Positions 51,394 to 61,616 are shown, counted from the stretch's first letter. The stretch: 64,000 nt of DNA from a virus (IMGVR_UViG_3300013121_000024:64001-128000), one strand, 5' to 3'. Program-made: numbers and translations. Notes: generated from the sequence alone by a model not told the origin.

Positions 51394-53583
51394 TCAACCT
51401 GGCTCCGCTCCCGGTAATCCCGGCAAAATGTTTGGTTTGTTTGGTTTCTTCGGAATTTTAACAGGTTTGGAAGGTTGTCTATTTTTGGGTTGTTTATTTT
51501 GGTTATTATTCATAAACTCTCCAAGTGTTGGAGTTTTAACAGGTTCTTCTCTTACATGTTTAAGTTGGTTAGGATCAGCCGTGGCCGATGCTCCAATATG
51601 AGCCAGATCGCCAAGACTTCCTCCAAAGACATAAGTTCCGGTATGACTTAGCTTAATCCAGGGTAGCAACCAGATTTTCATATTAGCTTTTTGTACATTT
51701 CTAGAGAAAAAATAATCCTCAGAAAGGTATCTCAGGCTGGCGGTCTTTTCTCCCTCTAACATGGACTTAGTTTTTTCGATCAACTCGGGTGTAACACCAT
51801 CATTGGCCACCGCTTCCATAACTCTCTTGGCGTCACCGAAGTCATATCCTCTGTCAATTGCACAGTCGAAATACATCATAACAGGTCGACTACCATCAAA
51901 CTCCTTGGTACGTACATGGTCTGGTTTGTACCACAACTCGGGAAATCTCTCTTGGTACTTCAGGAAGGTGTTTCTACGAATCATCATAAATCCAGTTCCA
52001 CCTTCAAGTATTTCCACTGGCTGGTTTAACATAATCCGGCCACCATTTCCTGTGTCTTTTGGATTGAACACGTAGTCTCCAACATACCTTTCCAATTCGT
52101 TGGGATTTTTATCCGCAAAGCCTTTAACCACCGCCGTCTTGATCTTTTCCCATGAAATACAATTAGATACCACATAATAATTAGAAACAAAATTTGCGTT
52201 ATCCTGTACTGTGATATCATATTGATCGCTTTTTGTTTTACAAAGAACAACCTTTACGGGTTTGGCGCCAATTTCTAACTTAGGAACGTTAGACCAATCA
52301 AACTTTTCTGTACTCTGGTATTGTTCTGGAATCTTGTACAACAAATCTGTGGTTACGTATTTTCCAATAATCGAAAAAAACTTTTCTATGGAAGATTGTC
52401 GAATCCTAATTCTTTGTCTTTTGCCGCTAATCGCTATGGTGGATTCTATTCCAAATCTTTCCAATAAGAATTTCTGAATTTCCGGATTCTCTTCCCCAAA
52501 TCCATCGGTACACATGATTACATTCCATCCATTACCATTGGATGATAATGTTCCATCATCCATGTACCACATGGCCAAAGCTTTATCGTCAATAAGATGT
52601 TTTACAGGTCCAAATTCCTTTTTTCCATTTGGATACATGAGGCCGCGCAAATATGATATTTGTGAATTTCGAGGAGAGGTAAGAAACCTGGCAAAATACT
52701 CTTTTCCTTTGTAGGATCCTACCTTTTTCTTTGGTCCTAATGAACCTCCAAACAATTGGGCCTTTAACTCTAAATAGGATAATTGATCTTCAGAATGACC
52801 AAATACCAAATATCCCCTTTTCTTTATAGAACCATCACCCAAAAGTGTTCCGATCAGAAAGGACAATTGTTCTTTCGAGTACAGAACATTTTCGCTATTA
52901 GTAACACCTTCCACATGTCTAGGATATCTCACCACATGATCCGTGTCTAAGATATCTCCGGCGGCTTTCCAGGTAATATTCGAAGGATCCAACACATTTT
53001 CCAGCACAGCTATATGATGATCCGCCGTTACAATATCATGCGGTTGATTTGGTGTACTTATTTTTACCCAAGGCATGCCCATGTGTCGGTGTCTTGAATG
53101 TCCTATAACCGGTTTCCATTCGAACTTTCCTTCCGGATTCATACTCAATACTTTTTTAGAATATTTGGACTCCACCAAATCGTGTATTGTCTGCCAACCA
53201 TCTTCGGTCAAAACACGATTTTTCTTATGGTGTGATTTTTTGGGATACGGAGCACAAAGAACATCATAAGGAGAATCATCAGTTTGCAAGGCCAGCATTG
53301 CAATAACGTCCTTCGCATCGAATCCAATATCCGAGTCAATGAAAATCATATGTGTAGAATCCGACCGCATAAATTCGTCACAAACGTATGCCCGGGCCCG
53401 GGTAATCAAGCTTTCATTAAATAGATAATATATCTGAATGGGTATCTTATGTTTTGTGGTAAGAGCTACCAGGTCGGTCATCGACCTGGCAAACATTCCT
53501 GTGCACATTCCTCCATACATTGGTACTCCAATGAATAGTTTTTTTCTCTGTAGTTCATGCAGTGGAACTTTAATTTTGAACAT
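51394..53583 (-). CDS. Glycosyltransferase-like protein (GT-A) containing an intein
   Basis: PMYGG, ESLITRAR, FIDSD, GTGFM, LSEDY, LSHTG. Confidence 0.8.
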   Translation of the reverse strand: MFKIKVPLHELQRKKLFIGVPMYGGMCTGMFARSMTDLVALTTKHKIPIQIYYLFNESLITRARAYVCDEFMRSDSTHMIFIDSDIGFDAKDVIAMLALQTDDSPYDVLCAPYPKKSHHKKNRVLTEDGWQTIHDLVESKYSKKVLSMNPEGKFEWKPVIGHSRHRHMGMPWVKISTPNQPHDIVTADHHIAVLENVLDPSNITWKAAGDILDTDHVVRYPRHVEGVTNSENVLYSKEQLSFLIGTLLGDGSIKKRGYLVFGHSEDQLSYLELKAQLFGGSLGPKKKVGSYKGKEYFARFLTSPRNSQISYLRGLMYPNGKKEFGPVKHLIDDKALAMWYMDDGTLSSNGNGWNVIMCTDGFGEENPEIQKFLLERFGIESTIAISGKRQRIRIRQSSIEKFFSIIGKYVTTDLLYKIPEQYQSTEKFDWSNVPKLEIGAKPVKVVLCKTKSDQYDITVQDNANFVSNYYVVSNCISWEKIKTAVVKGFADKNPNELERYVGDYVFNPKDTGNGGRIMLNQPVEILEGGTGFMMIRRNTFLKYQERFPELWYKPDHVRTKEFDGSRPVMMYFDCAIDRGYDFGDAKRVMEAVANDGVTPELIEKTKSMLEGEKTASLRYLSEDYFFSRNVQKANMKIWLLPWIKLSHTGTYVFGGSLGDLAHIGASATADPNQLKHVREEPVKTPTLGEFMNNNQNKQPKNRQPSKPVKIPKKPNKPNILPGLPGAEPG
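52162..53235 (-). mobile_element. Contiguous LAGLIDADG intein (358 aa)
   Basis: PKK|SHHKKNRVLTEDGW...TADH...GTLLGDG...WYMDDG...YDITV...VVSN|CISW. Confidence 0.88.
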
Positions 53584-53586
53584 TAA

Positions 53587-54231
53587 TTACTCTCCACCAG
53601 ACGCCTTGGCTCGTGTGACGTCAGAAAAACTATAAGAAGATAGTGCACTTTTACCAGCACTATATGAACGTGTCGATTCGGCCAAATTATTAGAAAGGAT
53701 CCAATCGATTTTAGTCGGTGCAACATAGATTGTAGTATGACTAGAAACACCAATTTTATTGCTTTCTTCCATAATATTTTCAAAGTTGGCACCAAGGAAT
53801 ACCACACCCCAGTCTTTATTTTGTAGCTTTTTAACGAGTTTCATGGTCGACTGGCTTGTATACCTGTGGTTGGATGAATTCTCCTCACCATCGGTCATAA
53901 CCACCAGTGTAGCTCTATTAGGATTGTCTTCCAACATACGTTCCATCAATCTGGTACCACATTCATACAATGGTGTACCGCCCGAGGGTGTTATCTCTCT
54001 TGAAGTGATTGGTTCCCACTCATCAATGGAACAATTACGAACAACATTATACTCCACTCCATTAGTATGGTTGGTGCAAAATGTGGCCAAGAAAATATTA
54101 CATTTCAGGTCCTTAAGTTCCTCAATGTACCCGTTTATTCCTTTGAGTGATTTATCCCAAATCGATGACATGGACCCAGACTTGTCCAATAAGATATAGA
54201 TATTCAATGCATTTTTACTTTTCATACTCAT
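53587..54231 (-). CDS. vWA domain protein
   Basis: DKSGSM, GGTPLY, TDGEEN, FLGAN. Confidence 0.85.
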   Translation of the reverse strand: MSMKSKNALNIYILLDKSGSMSSIWDKSLKGINGYIEELKDLKCNIFLATFCTNHTNGVEYNVVRNCSIDEWEPITSREITPSGGTPLYECGTRLMERMLEDNPNRATLVVMTDGEENSSNHRYTSQSTMKLVKKLQNKDWGVVFLGANFENIMEESNKIGVSSHTTIYVAPTKIDWILSNNLAESTRSYSAGKSALSSYSFSDVTRAKASGGE

Positions 54232-54253
54232 AATCGCCTTTCTTTCTGTTGTT

Positions 54254-54643
54254 TTATTTCAATTTACCTTCATTTCTGAGATCATTATAGTACATTAACA
54301 TAAGAACGTAATGAAAAGCCTTCAATAGGTCATTCCTATTATAACCACCTTTTTTACCATAACGCATCAAATATTTTATAGCGGTATTAGCGTGTGTGGC
54401 CTCTGCGCCGAGTGGATCTCTGGCATGCCACACATCAAAACTTTGGATATTTGGAAAATCTAAGTCTTCATTTTTTCCAATATAATGATAGTCTTTGGAA
54501 TAAGTATGGTCAATGTAGTTTCTTAGTTCGTTTATACTCTCAACCTCCCGGTATTTATACCGCAAAACAGGGGGTTGTTTTGAAGCAAGATAAGTCTGTG
54601 TTAATGTTGGAATTCCTACCAAATCCTTGTGATCTTCTTTCAT
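54254..54643 (-). CDS. DUF3310-like (nucleotide kinase-associated) protein
   Basis: TY..HY, AIKYLMRYGKK, DLLKAFHY. Confidence 0.7.
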   Translation of the reverse strand: MKEDHKDLVGIPTLTQTYLASKQPPVLRYKYREVESINELRNYIDHTYSKDYHYIGKNEDLDFPNIQSFDVWHARDPLGAEATHANTAIKYLMRYGKKGGYNRNDLLKAFHYVLMLMYYNDLRNEGKLK

Positions 54644-55941
54644 CGTCCAACCTGTGTCAAATATTTCAACTTAGTTTCCTCCCATGTTAAATAAATCAAA
54701 TCATCATAAAATAGTGTGCCTTCCATTAACTGGTTTCTCTTTTTCAATTGTGACATTCTTCCTTTAGCATACTTGTTCTTCCAAATATTGGCAAGAGTTT
54801 TCTCACTGGTATCAAAGCTTTTTACCAATTCTTTTTCACGAATCTCTTTTCGAAGAAACTCATTGGTGTTATTGTACAAAGGAGACCAATATATTCCCCT
54901 TTGGTGTTCAGATCGAACCATGCTTTTAGGAATGCCTAACTTTCTATAAATAAAATGTAATGATCTGTTTTTGTGATCTCTAAGATAAGGAAGACCATTT
55001 GGCTTGGTGGCCGCCCACCACTCAAAAAACTCTCTTGTGTGGTTCTCCTTGAGCCAATCCCATGCTAGTTTTTTGGTTTCTCTACTTGGTTCATAAGCTA
55101 CCGAACCGGATGAAAATCCCATCTTGTTCCAGTGTTCAAGTCCATCATACTGGGACATTCCACCAACCTTAGTCTTACCATATAAACTGGTTGTTGTAAC
55201 ACCAACCAATACTTCACCGTACCTGTTTCTCCAATCTTTCTGTACAACATCCGATAAACACAATAGTGCCAATAACTTACCTCCGGCATAGTTAAATCCG
55301 AGAGGTTGCAAAGGAACAATTGTGGATCCAATGGCCGTATGGTTAATCATATTCTGTTTAGTCTTGATATCTCTAGACCAACCTATAAACTGATCTCTTG
55401 GAGTTAAATCCAAAAAATCACTAGAAATACAAATCACACCGAGGTATTTACCGCTAACTTTGTCTATTATTGTGTAAAATAAATTCCTGCCTATATTGGA
55501 ATTATTTTTCATTGTACTGGAAAATGTTCGAATAACATTCCAAACTTCCACATCATCCTTATCAGAAAGTACCATTATTGGTTGTAATTGTTCATAGGAT
55601 TCTGGAGTTTCAGGATACCAAAAATTTCTTTTTACAGCATCTATAAGATGTCCCCTTTCCGGTATTATGAGAGTAGGTTCTGTAGCACTATCTCCCCCAA
55701 AAAACATAGACAAAGTTGAGGTTTCTTCTGTCTCATATTTCTCGTGTATTTCACACCATTTTTGGTAAAGTGTATACTCCTTTACATCCATCGCGGAAAC
55801 AAATTGTAAATCTTTGAGTAAAGAAGATTTTAACTGCTCAGTAGTAACATGTTTCCATGCCTTCTTAGGATTGGATTCTTGCCATTGTTTCCATTGTATT
55901 TCCAGAAATTCGGGGGACTTTTTCTTCTCTTTTACCGGCAT
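54640..55941 (-). CDS. DUF4338/DruA-like protein
   Basis: RDQFIGW, PLGFNYAGGKLLALL, TTSLYG. Confidence 0.65.
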   Translation of the reverse strand: MPVKEKKKSPEFLEIQWKQWQESNPKKAWKHVTTEQLKSSLLKDLQFVSAMDVKEYTLYQKWCEIHEKYETEETSTLSMFFGGDSATEPTLIIPERGHLIDAVKRNFWYPETPESYEQLQPIMVLSDKDDVEVWNVIRTFSSTMKNNSNIGRNLFYTIIDKVSGKYLGVICISSDFLDLTPRDQFIGWSRDIKTKQNMINHTAIGSTIVPLQPLGFNYAGGKLLALLCLSDVVQKDWRNRYGEVLVGVTTTSLYGKTKVGGMSQYDGLEHWNKMGFSSGSVAYEPSRETKKLAWDWLKENHTREFFEWWAATKPNGLPYLRDHKNRSLHFIYRKLGIPKSMVRSEHQRGIYWSPLYNNTNEFLRKEIREKELVKSFDTSEKTLANIWKNKYAKGRMSQLKKRNQLMEGTLFYDDLIYLTWEETKLKYLTQVGR

Positions 55942-56467
55942 TCAATAAATCTCCAATAGTATAGTTGTGTCCTTTTTTATTGGCTTTATTTTTTGCAAAC
56001 TCCAGTGTAATTCTGGATGCATCTGAAAAAAATACTCCTCCGGATAAATGTTCATACTCATGTTGCACAACGCGGGAAGTCAATCCGAAAAAGGTTTTTA
56101 ATACAACATTTCCATTGGGTTCTGTATATCTTATACTTATATCTTCTGGCCTGTTTACTTTTACAAACACACCAGGCCAAGATAAACAACCCTCCAATAA
56201 ACTACCAGACTCTTCGGAAAAGTCAAGTATCTCTGGATTAAAAAATGCCAACACAGGATTGGCTTTTACAACGAAAACTTGGTATGGAAGTCCAACTTGA
56301 TTTGCTGATAACCCCATTCCATTATTGGCTAGCATGGTTTCCGTAAGATTCTTAGCCAATTGAATAGGATCCTCAGGTGGATTAGAAAAATCAAATGGAA
56401 TTGTAGTATTGAACAATACGGGGTCTGTGTGTTTAACTAGTTTTAGTATCATCTTGCACATCATCAA
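55865..56467 (-). CDS. def: Peptide deformylase
   Basis: GMGLSANQVG, EGCLS, QHEYEHL. Confidence 0.92.
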   Translation of the reverse strand: MMMCKMILKLVKHTDPVLFNTTIPFDFSNPPEDPIQLAKNLTETMLANNGMGLSANQVGLPYQVFVVKANPVLAFFNPEILDFSEESGSLLEGCLSWPGVFVKVNRPEDISIRYTEPNGNVVLKTFFGLTSRVVQHEYEHLSGGVFFSDASRITLEFAKNKANKKGHNYTIGDLLNAGKREEKVPRISGNTMETMARIQS

Positions 56468-56738
56468 ATTGTTCTGTAATTAAGTGTTTCATTTCAGCAA
56501 TCCAATAATCGTCCATACGTACCATTTTGAATTCCATATCGCCTATTCCGAATTCCATGTCCTCCCTAATTTCTTTTTCTATTTCCTTAATTAGATCATC
56601 TGGAGGATCTTCCGGAAAAAGAACGCAATGTAAAACGGTACCCTCGTGATCCACCGCCATCACACCATATTCCCATGTAAGAATTTCTTTCAGTTCTTCT
56701 GTTTCCATATCATTTTCCTGTTTCATATAAGTCTCCAT
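56433..56738 (-). CDS. Acidic hypothetical protein
   Basis: Packed ORF. Confidence 0.55.
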   Translation of the reverse strand: METYMKQENDMETEELKEILTWEYGVMAVDHEGTVLHCVLFPEDPPDDLIKEIEKEIREDMEFGIGDMEFKMVRMDDYWIAEMKHLITEQFDDVQDDTKTS

Positions 56739-57084
56739 AAACTATCACCTCAATTGGTTTACGACATTTTCTCATTTCTTCTATTGTATTTCTGGTTCCG
56801 TTGGATTTTCCATCCCAAAAACAAATAGCAACATCGGCGTATTCGGCCATTTCTTTATTTCTTACCATTCCGGCACATTTACCTAATAGATTCCAATTGG
56901 GGTAAAACACAGTAACCGGAATATTTTTGGAGTGTCCCCAAGAGGCAGCTATGCGGTCAGGACCGCGAGCTCCTCCGGAAACAATCTCTGTTATTGGTCC
57001 ATTTGACTTGTTATAATCTTCTAATTTTTCATTGATTGATGTTGAATCAACTATGGATCTGGACCCGGCCACCAACAATTTCAT
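56710..57084 (-). CDS. SLOG-family (DUF2493/YspA-like) protein
   Basis: VAGSR, VSGGARGPD, AGMVRN, WDGKSNGT. Confidence 0.85.
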   Translation of the reverse strand: MKLLVAGSRSIVDSTSINEKLEDYNKSNGPITEIVSGGARGPDRIAASWGHSKNIPVTVFYPNWNLLGKCAGMVRNKEMAEYADVAICFWDGKSNGTRNTIEEMRKCRKPIEVIVYGDLYETGK

Positions 57085-57089
57085 TTTTT

Positions 57090-57350
57090 TTATTCCTTTA
57101 CATCCAAAGAAATTTTGTCGCGGACCAAAATACCTAATTTTGCCAATACTACAGCAATCGGTTCTGCCACTCCGTAAGAATTTTTCTTGGTACGAATAAG
57201 TACAATATCCTTATTTTCATGTGGTAGATGAACATTTGTTTGAATTGCGTCTATTGTTATAATACCTTCTACCTCATCCGGATCAATATAGATCGTCTGA
57301 CGTTCTTCTACTCCTTTGAATTTCACCAAAACCTTTTCTGTAGTATCCAT
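57090..57350 (-). CDS. Hypothetical protein
   Basis: Packed ORF with RBS. Confidence 0.55.
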   Translation of the reverse strand: MDTTEKVLVKFKGVEERQTIYIDPDEVEGIITIDAIQTNVHLPHENKDIVLIRTKKNSYGVAEPIAVVLAKLGILVRDKISLDVKE

Positions 57351-57356
57351 TATAAA

Positions 57357-57803
57357 TTATCCTCTCTTATTCTTTTTGTGCTTTTTGTGCTTTTTTGTCG
57401 ATGTGTATTTCTTGGACGGACGCGCTGGACGATCCAACTCATCTATAATTCTAACAGGTGATCCTATAATGTCAACCGAAACATCAACAACTCCCGCTGC
57501 TATCATACCGATTTCTTGTGCAGCAGCCCTGGAAAGATCAATAACACGGCCTGCTACATAAGGACCTCGATCATTGATGGTAACAACCGCACTACGGCCA
57601 TTTCTTTTATTTGTCACCCTAACCTTAGTACCAAACGGCAATGTCTTATGCGCGGCCGTCATCGCATTGGGGTTGAACCATCCACCAGAGGCTACCCTTT
57701 GCGGCTGCCAATAATATGATGCCTTACCACTAGAAGCTTCAGCAGAGCCGGATAAAAATCCGATAGTGATAATGACTAATAGTGTTGAGATATATTTGAA
57801 CAA
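57357..57803 (-). CDS. rlpA: RlpA-like lytic transglycosylase (DPBB), secreted
   Basis: GKASYY, TAAHKTLPFGT, INDRGP, RVIDLS; signal peptide. Confidence 0.9.
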   Translation of the reverse strand: MFKYISTLLVIITIGFLSGSAEASSGKASYYWQPQRVASGGWFNPNAMTAAHKTLPFGTKVRVTNKRNGRSAVVTINDRGPYVAGRVIDLSRAAAQEIGMIAAGVVDVSVDIIGSPVRIIDELDRPARPSKKYTSTKKHKKHKKNKRG

Positions 57804-57832
57804 TGTTTTTCTCCTCTGTTTTATTTACAATA

Positions 57833-58234
57833 TTACATGCATATATCAGAAAACGCATGTACATTTTCTGGTAGTTTAGTTCCACTTCTATTGAATATTA
57901 CAAATCCTATCCAGTTATCGAAATGTTTAGCATATTTTTGCATTGAACCACCAGTAGTCCAAACGTCGTCTACAATGAGAACCGGATCATCAACTCCTAG
58001 TTCATAATAAATCCGTTTTGTTTGTACATAACGACGGAAAACGTTGGCCACTCTTATGCCTCCTCTAGGTACGCCTATAACTGCCGAAAAAGAAGGCAAA
58101 CGTTTAACGGCAAGACTAACGATGCATTCAAGGTCGTTAATGTCTAGTGCATCGCATTCTATTTTATAGGGCAATAATATACCGGATGCCCCTCTAAATT
58201 CACCTAATTGAAATAATGACATTTTTTTCCTCAT
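57833..58234 (-). CDS. Type I phosphoribosyltransferase
   Basis: GVPRGG, LIVDDVWTTGGS. Confidence 0.85.
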   Translation of the reverse strand: MRKKMSLFQLGEFRGASGILLPYKIECDALDINDLECIVSLAVKRLPSFSAVIGVPRGGIRVANVFRRYVQTKRIYYELGVDDPVLIVDDVWTTGGSMQKYAKHFDNWIGFVIFNRSGTKLPENVHAFSDICM

Positions 58235-59946
58235 TCTACCATTTTTGAAAAATTTTTCACCTTGTCAAACTGAATTACACAATCAAACTTATCTATCATT
58301 TGGTCGGATCGGTGCGACACAATGAAAACATTATTATCCAGAGTTAATGAGTCAATAATTCTCAAAAATTCCTCTGTGCCGTTAGAATCAAGACTGGAAT
58401 CTAATATTTCATCAAAAATGATTAAGTTACAAGAAGCCGAATTTCTTAACTTTGATACAGCTCTCCATGTAAAAAGTAATGACAAATCTATTCTGGTTTT
58501 TTCTCCCTCCGAGAAATTATCATAACTGAATTCGTCTCTGTGTCTAGACTTTATAACTTCAGAGAAGTTTTCATCGATCTCAAAGTTGACGAAAAAGTCC
58601 ATGATGCTTAAGTATTTATTTACCATCTGGTTGATGATAGGCATATACTGCTTAATAATGGCCGTCTTAATACCTCCATCTTTTAGTAAAACAGTTGCTA
58701 AACTGAGGATTTCTCTTTCATTTACTAGTCGTTCTTTTTTTCTAGTAAATTCTTCCAACTGTTTTTTAAAAGATTCGGAGTCTACATTTTCCTTCTCGAT
58801 TGAACGGGTGGTCTTTTCCAGCTCCTTTATATCCTTTCGGTATTGTGTTATATTCAACTCGTTCAACTGTATTTCTTGGTTGTTTAGTGTAATCTTCGAA
58901 TTCAATTCTGATATACGTGCCATAATCTTGGTAGCTTCTTCAATTTCACCATAAAGTACGTTATAGTGCTCATTAAGTTCGTTAATGTGCGCTCCAAGAC
59001 TCATCCTCTGTAATTTCTTCTTTTCTATCACAGAGTTTTTAAATAAGTTATCTATACTCTGTTTACATGTAGGACAATTACTATTGGTAGAATAGAAATC
59101 AATGATCAAGTCATATTTCTTGTGTTTGGCCTCCATTTGTAATCTCAACTGGTCCAGTTTTTTCAACTTACTCTCAAGTTTGTCTTTTTTACTAATGGAA
59201 GCTTGAAGGGGAGAAATTTCTTCTAACAATGATTTATTTTTGTCAATAATTTTATCAATTAGACTTAGACATTGGTTTATTTTTTCACCACGGTCAGAGA
59301 TAAGCTTATGGTTGTTCTTTTTCAGGTCATTTATGTGTTTTTTGTTCAGCTCAATTTTGCTTCTTACGATGTCTAATTGGTGTTCGACTTCCATAAGACT
59401 ATCACGATTTGAGTTTATGTTATCCTTTAATAAGGAGTTCATCAAGGAGAAAACTTGAATATCCAACAAGTCTTCTATCAATTCTCTACGTTGTGCAGCG
59501 GCTAACTGCATAAATGGTGTAAAATTAGCGGAACCAAGAATAACTATTTGTACGAATGTTCTATAATTCATTTTTAAAATGTTTTTTTCGAGAGACTGTT
59601 GGTAATCCCTGTTATCAGCGGCTTGGTTCAATAACTTACCATCACACAGTATTTCAAAAAGATTAGGTTTCATACCCCTTCGTACTGTGTATTCTTTTTT
59701 TCCAATGGAAAAATCCACTTCCACAAGGAGTCCTTTGGTGGTAATAGAATTGATTAGCTGGGGCTTATTGATATTACGGAAGGCTTTGTTGAATAGACAA
59801 AAAGTCAAAGCGTCCAGAAAGGTGGACTTTCCAGAGCCATTTTTGCCTATAATAAGTGTTTTCTTGTTTTTGTTAAGTTCTATCTCGGTAAATATATTTC
59901 CGGAAGAAAGGAAATTCTTATATCTTATTTTTTTGAAAACTACCAC
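58231..59946 (-). CDS. gp46: Recombination nuclease ATPase subunit (gp46)
   Basis: GKNGSGKS, CPTC hook, FSEGE, FDE, SH. Confidence 0.95.
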   Translation of the reverse strand: MVVFKKIRYKNFLSSGNIFTEIELNKNKKTLIIGKNGSGKSTFLDALTFCLFNKAFRNINKPQLINSITTKGLLVEVDFSIGKKEYTVRRGMKPNLFEILCDGKLLNQAADNRDYQQSLEKNILKMNYRTFVQIVILGSANFTPFMQLAAAQRRELIEDLLDIQVFSLMNSLLKDNINSNRDSLMEVEHQLDIVRSKIELNKKHINDLKKNNHKLISDRGEKINQCLSLIDKIIDKNKSLLEEISPLQASISKKDKLESKLKKLDQLRLQMEAKHKKYDLIIDFYSTNSNCPTCKQSIDNLFKNSVIEKKKLQRMSLGAHINELNEHYNVLYGEIEEATKIMARISELNSKITLNNQEIQLNELNITQYRKDIKELEKTTRSIEKENVDSESFKKQLEEFTRKKERLVNEREILSLATVLLKDGGIKTAIIKQYMPIINQMVNKYLSIMDFFVNFEIDENFSEVIKSRHRDEFSYDNFSEGEKTRIDLSLLFTWRAVSKLRNSASCNLIIFDEILDSSLDSNGTEEFLRIIDSLTLDNNVFIVSHRSDQMIDKFDCVIQFDKVKNFSKMVE

Positions 59947-60998
59947 TAAATGTTGTCCCTCAATGTTAAAGCTTGATCATATATCTTTTTCAAGAGTTTA
60001 TCAAGATCATTATGTTGTTTTTTGTCCAACCCTAACATCTTTGTATAATCTGTCAGTATGGTTAAAGTATCCGAAACTTTAGGATCAAAATTAAGAATTT
60101 GTGTGTTATCCAAAAACTGATCTCCTTCAATGATACGGATATCGGCCGGATTAACTGCCTCTAATGCATCAAAAAACAAATCAAACCAATAAGGATTATT
60201 TTTTTTACGTACAATAATTTTTACGTAAGTTCCTGAATACACAGAAAAATCTCTTTCTGTCAAATCCTCCATAGAACAGGAAGAATCGTCATATTCTATC
60301 TTATGAAATATCCTATTCGGATTTTTGATGTATGTTAATTTGCTTGTATTTGTGTCATAGATGTGAAACCCCCTGGTTTCTGCATAATCAGACCACATCA
60401 TCTCATAAGGAGCACCGAGATAATGTATATTACCCTTGGAAGATTTTTGGTGAAAGTGTCCACTAGCAACCAAATCAAACTTAGAGAACAAGTTTTTGTC
60501 AAGGCCTCGTTCTGACACATTACCACGCATCATTTCAAACCCTTTTATTTCAAGGTGTCCAAATGCTACATGACATCTAGTATTCTGTATAGCATTTATT
60601 GACTCCTGCATGTTCTCCTGATTGATCCAAGGTAGAAACAGATGATTGTTTACCTCTGTTGGACGTGTATATATGTGGAATCCATACGGAGCTACCAATT
60701 CAGACAACGAATTTATGTAATTCGTATTTTTGTGGAATAAATCATGATTTCCCGTGAGTATATGTACTTCTTTACCAACCAATCTATCCAGGAATCCAGA
60801 TTTCATATTATTCAGTGTTTGATAATTAATGTACTTCCTTCTATCTACCAAATCACCCAAGTGGTACACAGTTTTAATTCCATGTTTTTCTATGTATGGA
60901 AAAAACACCTTGTCATAGAATTTATTGAAATATTGGAAAAATGTGTTACTATCTCCACGGACACCATAGTGTGTATCAGTTATAACACAGATTTTCAT
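59946..60998 (-). CDS. gp47: Recombination nuclease subunit (gp47)
   Basis: DTH, LGD, GNHD, GHL, SGHFH. Confidence 0.95.
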   Translation of the reverse strand: MKICVITDTHYGVRGDSNTFFQYFNKFYDKVFFPYIEKHGIKTVYHLGDLVDRRKYINYQTLNNMKSGFLDRLVGKEVHILTGNHDLFHKNTNYINSLSELVAPYGFHIYTRPTEVNNHLFLPWINQENMQESINAIQNTRCHVAFGHLEIKGFEMMRGNVSERGLDKNLFSKFDLVASGHFHQKSSKGNIHYLGAPYEMMWSDYAETRGFHIYDTNTSKLTYIKNPNRIFHKIEYDDSSCSMEDLTERDFSVYSGTYVKIIVRKKNNPYWFDLFFDALEAVNPADIRIIEGDQFLDNTQILNFDPKVSDTLTILTDYTKMLGLDKKQHNDLDKLLKKIYDQALTLRDNI

Positions 60999-61186
60999 CT
61001 TTTCTTTTCTATCCTATTTTTTACCAAACGATATTCTTCAAGTTCTCTGTTAATAGTTCTTGATACGAAATCCAAGTTCATAGAATAAGTTTCTTTGGTT
61101 TGGAAATCCACACTTGGATCCTTTAATTTTCCTAACCAATCTTTGATGATGGCAGGTAGAATAACATTTTTTTCACTCAAACTCAT
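60995..61186 (-). CDS. Hypothetical protein
   Basis: Packed ORF; start moved to ATG 61186. Confidence 0.55.
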   Translation of the reverse strand: MSLSEKNVILPAIIKDWLGKLKDPSVDFQTKETYSMNLDFVSRTINRELEEYRLVKNRIEKKR

Positions 61187-61616
61187 TACACACTCCAAAT
61201 TGAATATCAAATAACCTGTTGCTTGGTGTTCTCGTTTCCTGTACATAAATTTGTGATTTCAATATACACTGATCGATCATTTGTGGTGTGTTGTTAAAAC
61301 GATCACACACAATACTGTACTGGTATATTTTTCCATTATAAAAGAATTCTCTCAATAGATTATCAAACTCATATCTCACTTTGGCGTATGTGATATCATT
61401 TATAGGTTCTAACAATATTTCTTGATTTATTTTTAGACTTCTATCTTCAATGATCTTGCTAAGCCAGTCCTCGGCTTCTACAACCGGTAACATAGGAGGT
61501 GGCACAGGAATAACACTAGCAGCCTTTGCTGGAGTAGGAACTATTGAAGGCAATACTATGGCGGCACCAGCACCTATTAATATTTTAAAAAAATCACGCT
61601 TGGTGACAATAAACAT
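61173..61616 (-). CDS. Tat-signal-like peptide fused to a tail-sheath C-terminal-like domain
   Basis: TKRDFFK + h-region + AKA; EPIND...IVCDRFNNTPQMID...IYV. Confidence 0.55.
   Translation of the reverse strand: MFIVTKRDFFKILIGAGAAIVLPSIVPTPAKAASVIPVPPPMLPVVEAEDWLSKIIEDRSLKINQEILLEPINDITYAKVRYEFDNLLREFFYNGKIYQYSIVCDRFNNTPQMIDQCILKSQIYVQETRTPSNRLFDIQFGVCNEFE

Noticed and set aside
54640-55941. Complete Druantia defence system
   Set aside because: No DruE helicase or other dru genes nearby.
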